Shown here in pieces: positions 35,872 to 42,738 of a DNA stretch of 53,783 nt (positions are counted from its first letter, which is position 1; every line of letters begins with the position of its first letter). The stretch is from assembly GCA_964422605.1 (NCBI GenBank), contig CAYRBK010000001.1, positions 100,025 to 153,807 on the forward strand, in the 5' to 3' direction. The notes under the pieces were generated by a model that was given only the letters and a program-made list of their open reading frames with translations, was not told the origin of the DNA and did no database searches. Source of the DNA: an uncultured Candidatus Bathyarchaeia archaeon (GTDB taxonomy: Archaea > Thermoproteota > Bathyarchaeia > Bathyarchaeales > DTEX01). The translations under genes were made by a program, and so were the position numbers.

Positions 35872-35985
35872 CTACCAGTCTTCCTCTTCTTCCTCTTCCA
35901 ACTCTTCTTCCCATTCTTCCTCTTCAGGTTCTTCTTCCCACTCTTCTTCCTCTTCCTTCTTCTCGACTGGTGGTTTCTTGGACAT
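35872..35985 (-). CDS. candidate 37-aa hyper-acidic Trp-punctuated micro-protein (MSKKPPVEKKEEEEEWEEEPEEEEWEEELEEEEEEDW)
   Basis: Hand translation of the minus strand from ATG 35985 to TAG 35872. GAGGT lies 7 nt upstream of the ATG, and AT-rich TATA-like elements lie 30-45 nt upstream. It is below the 60-aa cutoff of the ORF track. The alternative plus-strand Ser/Leu-rich ORFs lack any start context. Confidence 0.3.
   Translation of the reverse strand: MSKKPPVEKKEEEEEWEEEPEEEEWEEELEEEEEEDW
35881..35964. repeat. about 84-nt polypyrimidine (CTT/CTC)n tract, roughly 90% pyrimidine on the + strand, with internal repeats (CTCTTCTTCCCA / TTCTTCTTCCCA)
   Basis: Read directly. Only about 7 purines occur in 84 nt. 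The near-repeat units at 35901-35912 and 35929-35940 correspond to the EEEW repeats on the minus strand. Confidence 0.8.
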
Positions 35986-36368
35986 GTCCTATACCTCGCA
36001 AGATACCCCCTTCAATAATAATCAAATAAGGTTTTATGGTCTGAAAGAAAGCCCAAATCGCTGTCTTAGATTATCTTGAATGAAAAATTCGAACTCATTC
36101 GTCCGTTCAACTCTGATTTGACATTTTTTTGAGCAGAACGGTAATCTCGCTGCTCTTATGACTTGAAACGCCTAGAAATGCTATTCAGTAGGATCAACCT
36201 ACGGTTCATGCCCTTGCCTCGTGATCACCCGACCGACCATCAGCGGTGCGCTTCTTCATGGCTAGACGTCGAATTGCCTTCGGACACCCAAAGGACCCCA
36301 TCTCTTTGGCATCCTTAGCGGAAGGATCTATTGCGGATAAATATGACTCCTGACTAATGTAGAGCGGT

Positions 36369-37472
36369 ATGGCTGACTACTTAAGATTCAGAGACGCATC
36401 TCTTGCCAAACGAGTAGTGGAGAGGATTCACGCATCAGCTTCGAGGCAAGATGGTGTCAAGATCTGTCATGTCTGCGGCACGCATGAATGGACGATTGCG
36501 AATTTTGGGTTACGTGAGCTTCTGCCTTCCAATGTGGAAGTTATAGCTGGACCTGGCTGTCCGGTGTGCATTGTGCCGGCTTCAGAGATAGATGAAGCTG
36601 TCAATTTAGCCTTAAGCGGCGTTGTTGTCACGTGTTTCGGCGACATTCTGCGTGTTCGTGGCTCGCAAATGTCATTACTAGACGTCAAGGCTGTAGGCGC
36701 AGATGTCAGAGTTGTCTATAGCGTTGGGGACGCAGTCAGAATAGCTAGGAAGGAAAGCGACAAGGAGTTCGCTTTTTTCGCTGTTGGCTTCGAGACCACG
36801 GCACCATCAACTGCTGTGGAAATCCTGGCGAAACCGCCGGAGAACCTCACTCTTCTGGTTTCCCATCGTGTAATCCCGCCTGCCATGCGGCTGCTAGTAG
36901 AGATGGAAGACCTGAAACTGAGCGGGTTCATTGCTCCAGGGCATGTTAGCACGGTGATCGGGCTTGAGCCCTACAGGATCTTTCCCGAGGACTATGGGAT
37001 GCCGACTGTTGTGACAGGATTCGAACCACTGGATGTCCTCTTCGGCGTCTACATGATTCTGAAACAGCTGGAAGAGGCAAACCCACGGTTGGAGAACGAG
37101 TACGCAAGAGCTGTTCGATGGGAAGGTAACTTGAAGGCTCGGAAACTTATGCAGCAGGTCTTCGATGCAATCGACGGCAACTGGCGCGGACTCGGCATGA
37201 TTCCTGATTCCACGTTTGCTCTTCGTGGTGACTACGCTGAACTTGACGCACATTCCAGACATGGGGTAAGAGTTGACAAAGGCGTCGATCTGCAGCCCGG
37301 ATGCCAATGTCACCTCATAATCATTGGGAAAGCCAGGCCCACCGAATGCCCCCTGTTTATGAAGACCTGTACGCCTTCCAAGCCGGTAGGAGCATGCATG
37401 GTCAGCATCGAAGGAACATGCCGAATCTGGGCAAGAAACCTGAAGCCGCCTGACGAAGCCGAGCACAAGTAG
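36369..37472 (+). CDS. hypD: hydrogenase maturation protein HypD
   Basis: Motifs CHVCGTHE, GPGCPVCIVP, GFETTAPS and PGHVSTVIG are all present. 367 aa. Confidence 0.9.
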   Translation: MADYLRFRDASLAKRVVERIHASASRQDGVKICHVCGTHEWTIANFGLRELLPSNVEVIAGPGCPVCIVPASEIDEAVNLALSGVVVTCFGDILRVRGSQMSLLDVKAVGADVRVVYSVGDAVRIARKESDKEFAFFAVGFETTAPSTAVEILAKPPENLTLLVSHRVIPPAMRLLVEMEDLKLSGFIAPGHVSTVIGLEPYRIFPEDYGMPTVVTGFEPLDVLFGVYMILKQLEEANPRLENEYARAVRWEGNLKARKLMQQVFDAIDGNWRGLGMIPDSTFALRGDYAELDAHSRHGVRVDKGVDLQPGCQCHLIIIGKARPTECPLFMKTCTPSKPVGACMVSIEGTCRIWARNLKPPDEAEHK

Positions 37473-37544
37473 TCTGCTAGCCTCCGCCAGACGTAGCGGG
37501 AAGAAATATGTCGCGGCTATGTTGACTGTTAGGTTGGTGGTCAG

Positions 37545-37700
37545 ATGATAGATAGGTTGGGAATCGGAGTCATAGGTCCAGTTCACGACCTCGTGTGGCG
37601 AGCTCTTGATGAGTTCAGAAAGATAGAGAATGCCGCTGTAACGTGCGCCGCTGATCTGGCCAAACCACTTCTGGGTAAGGTGAAGGTTGCTTCATGTTGA
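37545..37700 (+). pseudogene. 51-codon relic of a Gfo/Idh/MocA oxidoreductase N-terminus
   Basis: Hand translation gives MIDRLGIGVIGPVHDLVWRALDEFRKIENAAVTCAADLAKPLLGKVKVASC*. This reproduces the beta1-alphaA-beta2 Rossmann start of the family (G.IG.G......h..al.......l.av.d) but stops after 51 codons. It overlaps the ATG of the intact paralogue at 37694 by 7 nt. Confidence 0.35.
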
Positions 37701-38926
37701 ACGTGGGTCTGATTGGCTGCGGCCGTATAATGCCGGCACACTTGCACGGGTACAAGGTTCTTCTAGAGAGGGGCATCGATGTCCGGATCAAGGCTATATG
37801 CGCTAGAAAGATTGAGGACGCGAAGAGGTTTAGGCGGAGAGGGGAAGGACCGCCTCCAAGGAAACCGGTGGGTCCGCCGGGCGATCCGATGGCCGTACCA
37901 CACATGTATGTTTATGATTTTCAGCGCGACACTGATGTCGAATTGTACGACGACTACAGAGAGATGCTCAAGAAAGCTGACGTAGATGCGGTTGAGGTTT
38001 ACACCTCTGTCTTCAGCCATCACGACATAGCCCTGACCAGCATCGAATCAGGCAAGCACGTCCTAGTTGAGAAGCCGCTTGCGTTGACTGTGAAGTCCGC
38101 GCGCAAGATGGTCGAGGCCGCTGAGGAAGCTGACAGAGTTTTGGGCGTCGCCGAGAACGCACGTTACTATCCTGACGTAAGGATGACGAAGTGGGTGGTC
38201 GATCAGGGTTACATTGGAGATGTGCAGCTTGTCTTGAGCGGCACCATGGGAGGCTACTGGTCTCCTGACAAGATTGTCGCTGAGACTTCTTGGCGGCACA
38301 AGAAGCTTTTCGCTGGCGGAGGCGTCGCGATCGATATGGGCGTTCACCTCTTTCACGTCTTGCGGTATCTCTGTGGTGAAGTCGATGAGGTTTCAAGCTT
38401 CGTCGAAACTCTTGAGAAGAACAGGTTCACCCGGGATAAGTCTGGAAAGATCATGGAGGAGACTGAGAGCGAGGTTGACGACACGTTCCTCAGCCTATTG
38501 AGATTCAAGAACAGCGCCATTGCACAGATCTTCTTTTCGTGGGCAGGTCACGGGGAACCGGTTTCCATCCCCCGAATCATATACGGAACAAAAGGCTGCA
38601 TGAAGGGAGATACGGTGATACTTGATGGTGGAACGAAGACCAAGGTTAAAGACCTTTTTGAGAAAATGGCAGACAGCAGAGCCAAGGAGACGTTCTTCCC
38701 ATACGAGCTAAGAGACCCAATAGCCCTCGAGACTTTGGAGTTTCTCAGGGCAATCAAGGAGCGAAGGGAGATGGAGACGAGCGGAAGAGAAGGGCTGCGG
38801 GACTTAGCTGCCTCATATGCAATGATCGAGTCTTCCTTGTTGGGGAGGACGGTCAAGATTGACGAAGTAGAGTCCGGCAAGATTCGGCACTACGAGGAAG
38901 AAATCAACAAGCACTATGGCATCTAG
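37694..38926 (+). CDS. Gfo/Idh/MocA-family NAD(P)-dependent oxidoreductase
   Basis: MLNVGLIGCGRIMPAHLHGY forms the Rossmann start, with EKPLALT and a C-terminal alpha/beta dimerisation domain. 410 aa. Confidence 0.75.
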   Translation: MLNVGLIGCGRIMPAHLHGYKVLLERGIDVRIKAICARKIEDAKRFRRRGEGPPPRKPVGPPGDPMAVPHMYVYDFQRDTDVELYDDYREMLKKADVDAVEVYTSVFSHHDIALTSIESGKHVLVEKPLALTVKSARKMVEAAEEADRVLGVAENARYYPDVRMTKWVVDQGYIGDVQLVLSGTMGGYWSPDKIVAETSWRHKKLFAGGGVAIDMGVHLFHVLRYLCGEVDEVSSFVETLEKNRFTRDKSGKIMEETESEVDDTFLSLLRFKNSAIAQIFFSWAGHGEPVSIPRIIYGTKGCMKGDTVILDGGTKTKVKDLFEKMADSRAKETFFPYELRDPIALETLEFLRAIKERREMETSGREGLRDLAASYAMIESSLLGRTVKIDEVESGKIRHYEEEINKHYGI

Positions 38927-38944
38927 CCGAAAAGAGGGAAACGT

Positions 38945-40003
38945 ATGAAGTTCTCCGAATTTGCAGACTTGCCAGTCATCGACTGCCACGTACACTTCCA
39001 CCCCAGCGGAGCCCAAGTGACCGATAACGAGCTGAGATACCTAGGCGAATTCATGAGCGAAGTTCTCAGAAAAGGAGGCATCAGCCAGATATACATAACA
39101 GGAGGCGACGCGGGCTTATACCTCAAAGCCAAATCTCCATCCCGGTTTTATGCAGGCGGATTCGTGCCTTGGTCAGGTGAGACCAATGCGTTAGCAAATG
39201 CCGACTGGGAGAGATACATCAGCTCGCTTATTGAGGTGGGGTTTGACGGCATTGGCGAGATGGGATCGAAACCTGTCCCAAGGAGCAAGCATGCTCCGTT
39301 GGATGGCTGCTATTACAAAGGTTTCTGGGGAGCTTGCGAGAGGCTTGGTGTCACCGTCTTGTGCCATGTCGCTGACCCGGAGGAGTTTTGGGATGAGAAC
39401 CTAGCCCCTGATTGGGCGAAGAAACGGGGTTGGGTGTACTATGCAGGAGACTATCCTACCAAGGAAGAGCTGTATGTTGAGATGGAGAACGTCCTGGATT
39501 CCCATCCCGACCTGAAGGTTGTTCTCTGCCACTTCTACTTTATCTCCGCCGATCTTGAGAGAGCCTCGGATTTTCTCGATCGCCATGGGAACGCAAATTT
39601 CGACCTGACACCCGGAATCGAACTGATCTACAACATTTCACGAAGGAGAGACGAATGGAGAAGATTCTTCGTCAAATATCAAGACCGCCTGCTTTTCGGA
39701 ACCGACACAGGAACATGGGAGACCGTTGCCGAGTCTGTCGAAAAGATTTGGCTCATCAGAAACTTTCTGGAATCGGATGAAGAGTTTTTCACGCCGCCTG
39801 CAGCTGATAGTCTCCTAACGCGATACGAGGAGCCTTTCGTCGGCCTGAAACTTCCCGAAAGCGTCCTAAAGAATATATACGCCCAGAACTTCCAGAGACT
39901 GTGGGGAAAGAAGCCAACGAAAGTCGCCCTAGAGGCAGCCATAAGGATGCTAGAAGACAAAGGAGAAAAAGCAGTCTTCAAGGCTCTGGGGGGCTATATA
40001 TAG
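38945..40003 (+). CDS. metal-dependent amidohydrolase-superfamily (TIM barrel) hydrolase
   Basis: VIDCHVHFHP carries the HxH metal motif at strand 1. Later CHVADP, VVLCHF and FGTDTG motifs sit at positions typical of amidohydrolase_2-type proteins. Confidence 0.6.
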   Translation: MKFSEFADLPVIDCHVHFHPSGAQVTDNELRYLGEFMSEVLRKGGISQIYITGGDAGLYLKAKSPSRFYAGGFVPWSGETNALANADWERYISSLIEVGFDGIGEMGSKPVPRSKHAPLDGCYYKGFWGACERLGVTVLCHVADPEEFWDENLAPDWAKKRGWVYYAGDYPTKEELYVEMENVLDSHPDLKVVLCHFYFISADLERASDFLDRHGNANFDLTPGIELIYNISRRRDEWRRFFVKYQDRLLFGTDTGTWETVAESVEKIWLIRNFLESDEEFFTPPAADSLLTRYEEPFVGLKLPESVLKNIYAQNFQRLWGKKPTKVALEAAIRMLEDKGEKAVFKALGGYI

Positions 40004-40216
40004 GCGGTAGCTCCTCTCCCGTTCGTGAGACGAAAAGTGGCGTTCCAAGAACCAGAAGAACAGTCGAGGAGAAAAAATCCCTGCACCATTTGATGGCCTT
40101 GACGACAGCCTTTCCCATTAACCGATTAGCCTCCAATCTACAGCTCCAACAAAAGTGATAAATCCTGAAGGCAACACTTCTTCTTGGCTAGGCTGAGCAC
40201 AACCGGTGATAGAGGA

Positions 40217-40780
40217 ATGAGCAAGCCCTCTGCCCAGAGCAGGAAATACACCAGAGCCTTGTATCCTGGACGATTTCAGCCCTTCCATTTGGGCCACCTC
40301 GAGGCTGTCGAGCATATGCTCGGTGACTCTTCAGAGGTCATAGTGATGATTGGGAGCGCCCTGCAAAGCCATACTCTGAAGAACCCTTTCACGGCTGGCG
40401 AGAGAACCCACATGATCCGGTTGGCGCTGAATGAGGCTGGGATTGATCCATCCAGATACTGTGTCATCCCTGTTCCAGACCTCAGAATACACGGCATCTG
40501 GGTCTCGCATGTCTGCAGCTTAGTGCCGAGATTTGAAGTCGTATACTCCAACGAGCCTCTGACCAAAAGGCTCTTCATCGAAGCCGGGTTCAGAGTCGAA
40601 TCAATCCCCTTCTTCAAGAGAGAGCTGTGCTCGGCTACTGAGATCAGAGAAAGAATGCTTCAGGACTCAAGCTGGGAGGAGCTTCTGCCAAAAAGCGTAG
40701 CGGGTTACATCAAAGAGATACATGGCGTCGAACGGCTGAGGGACCTTGCGAAGACGGATAGGGTCCAAACCAGGAGATAG
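40217..40780 (+). CDS. nadM: nicotinamide-nucleotide adenylyltransferase, archaeal type
   Basis: RALYPGRFQPFHLGHLEAVEHML carries the (H/T)xGH motif, and SATEIRERM provides the ISSTxxR-like motif. About 187 aa from ATG 40217; the tracked ORF opens at TTG 40184. Confidence 0.85.
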   Translation: MSKPSAQSRKYTRALYPGRFQPFHLGHLEAVEHMLGDSSEVIVMIGSALQSHTLKNPFTAGERTHMIRLALNEAGIDPSRYCVIPVPDLRIHGIWVSHVCSLVPRFEVVYSNEPLTKRLFIEAGFRVESIPFFKRELCSATEIRERMLQDSSWEELLPKSVAGYIKEIHGVERLRDLAKTDRVQTRR

Positions 40781-40788
40781 CCCTCAGC

Positions 40789-41634
40789 CTAGGTGACTTT
40801 CCCGACTAGGTTCTTGGATATCTTCCTAGATTTTTCGGCTCCAGCCTTCACAGCGTTGATAACAGCTTCCTGCACTGGGACTTTTACCAGTTCTTTGAGC
40901 CCCTCCTCCGTGACACCTCCCGGGGTCGCCACCATAGCCTTTATCTCGGACGGCTGTTTCCGCGCCTCCAGAACGAGCTTTCCCGTTCCCACCATCGTCT
41001 GGGCAGAGGCAGTAAGAGCCAATTCTCCAGGCAAGCCGACCTCCAAACCAGCTTGAACCATAGCTTCCATTATGACGGACAGATAGGCTGGTGAGCATCC
41101 ACTTAGGGCGGTTATCGCGTCCATATGTCTTTCATCCACTTCGACCACTTTCCCCAGAGCACTGAGAAGCCTCACCGCCTCAGATTTGTCTTCGCCGGGC
41201 ATATCTGCACTTGTGCAGAAAGCTGTGAAAGACTCCTGGACAAGAATCCCCAGATTGGGCATGGCTCTTGCTAATCTAGCTTCGGGAGCCGCTGCTCTCA
41301 GGAAGTCTAGGCTAACAGACGCAGCCATGGAGATTATTAGCTTACCCTTGACCTCGTTTCGTATCTCTTCGAGGACGTTTCCGACATCTCTAGGTTTCAC
41401 GCACAGAATAACGATGTCCGCTTCTTTTGCGGCTCTTCTGTTGTCGGTTGTAATGGTCACCCCGTGTCTCTCAAACTCCTTCAACCTATCGACACGCACA
41501 TCAGTGACTATGATATGGTCTTTCCATCGGCTCCTAACTAGGCTTCTTGCCACAGCACTCCCGACAACGCCTGCGCCTATGATCGCAACAACCACAAGAT
41601 CACCATCCGGAAACGGTACAAGAGACTGCCTCAC
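40789..41634 (-). CDS. proC: pyrroline-5-carboxylate reductase
   Basis: VAIIGAGVVGSAV forms the Rossmann motif, with ILCVKP, RAMPNLG, SGCSPAYL and VATPGGVTEEGL motifs. Confidence 0.85.
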   Translation of the reverse strand: MRQSLVPFPDGDLVVVAIIGAGVVGSAVARSLVRSRWKDHIIVTDVRVDRLKEFERHGVTITTDNRRAAKEADIVILCVKPRDVGNVLEEIRNEVKGKLIISMAASVSLDFLRAAAPEARLARAMPNLGILVQESFTAFCTSADMPGEDKSEAVRLLSALGKVVEVDERHMDAITALSGCSPAYLSVIMEAMVQAGLEVGLPGELALTASAQTMVGTGKLVLEARKQPSEIKAMVATPGGVTEEGLKELVKVPVQEAVINAVKAGAEKSRKISKNLVGKVT

Positions 41635-41787
41635 GGATATGACTTAACATTCCCGATTCAGAGTATAAATCTTTCCAGCGCCCCAAGCGGCGCAGATTTA
41701 TTAACAAGGCTATCATTATTGAGGCAAACGAGTGGCTGGAAACGGACCCGACAGGAAATCCAGCTGAACACGGAGGCATCAGCTTTC

Positions 41788-42642
41788 ATGTATGGAGAGT
41801 CTCTCGCAGTCGCAACCGCTCTGATGTGGGCTGCCTCAACCATACTCTCAGCAGAAGCTGTCAAGGAAGTGGACCCCGTCCGATCCAACGCTGTAAAGAC
41901 GTTCTTCTCCGCCCTGCTTATGCTTCCCATCGCCTTTGCAGCTGGCGAAATGGGCAGTCTCTCCACTATAAACCTTCAGGGACTCTCCTTTGTTATTGCG
42001 GCAGCCCTGATAGGATTCGGAATTGGGGACACGCTCCTCCTTCACAGCATCACTCTCGTGGGAGTTTCCAGGGCTTACACATTTGCTTATACCTACCCAT
42101 TAGTAGCAATGATCATTGCTCTTGTGTTTCTTGGAGAGCCGTTCTATCCGTCGCATCTCCTAGGGACTGTGCTGATTATCTTGAGCGTGATCTTGATTCT
42201 CTCCGAAAGCACTAGAAACACTGCGGGGGTCAACCTTAAAGGGTTGCTAATGGCCTTTGGCACCGCGCTCACGTGGGCTGCTGGAGTAACATTAATGGCT
42301 CTGGGCCTGAGAGACATAAGTGTTCTTCTGGCAAACACGCTACGCTACCCGGTCTTATCCGTCCTCCTATTTCTGACTTCAAAACCCAACAGGAAGTGGA
42401 ACATAGGAAGAAGAAATCTGATTCTTCTCTTGGCTTCAGGAGGGCTAGGCATGGTTCTAGGCGGACTGGCTTTCCTCTATAGCATGAGTCTCATCGGCGC
42501 GTCGAGGGCAACGCCATTGAGCGGCTCTTCGCCTGTGTGGGCATCTGTAATGTCCAGCATTGCGCTGAAGGAGAAGGTTTCGCCACGCCTATTGTTGTCA
42601 TCAGTGATTGTTGTCGTTGGGACATATTTTCTCATTACGTAG
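41788..42642 (+). CDS. EamA/DMT-family transporter
   Basis: About 10 TM helices in two EamA-like halves. ATG 41788 is preceded by GGAGG. The tracked ORF opens at TTG 41719, adding a hydrophilic extension. Confidence 0.7.
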   Translation: MYGESLAVATALMWAASTILSAEAVKEVDPVRSNAVKTFFSALLMLPIAFAAGEMGSLSTINLQGLSFVIAAALIGFGIGDTLLLHSITLVGVSRAYTFAYTYPLVAMIIALVFLGEPFYPSHLLGTVLIILSVILILSESTRNTAGVNLKGLLMAFGTALTWAAGVTLMALGLRDISVLLANTLRYPVLSVLLFLTSKPNRKWNIGRRNLILLLASGGLGMVLGGLAFLYSMSLIGASRATPLSGSSPVWASVMSSIALKEKVSPRLLLSSVIVVVGTYFLIT

Positions 42643-42738
42643 GTCAGCTGGCCTTCCCTTCCAAGATGCGCTACGTGACTATGCAAGGATATATCTACCT
42701 TTTGGCATATCTGAAATGGTGAGGACGGAGCGGAAGCA

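Noticed and set aside
35735-36079. Three overlapping plus-strand ORFs (114, 87 and 77 aa) with Ser-, Leu- or Phe-rich translations.
   Set aside because: They are artefacts of reading the (CTT/CTC)n polypyrimidine tract in the three plus frames. They have no Shine-Dalgarno or TATA context and implausible composition. The minus-strand acidic micro-ORF is the better, though still unproven, coding candidate.
37017-37027. GGATTCGAACC, the reverse complement of a canonical tRNA T-arm/T-loop sequence.
   Set aside because: It lies inside hypD, where it encodes the conserved TGFEPLD segment. No acceptor, D or anticodon stems can be drawn around it.
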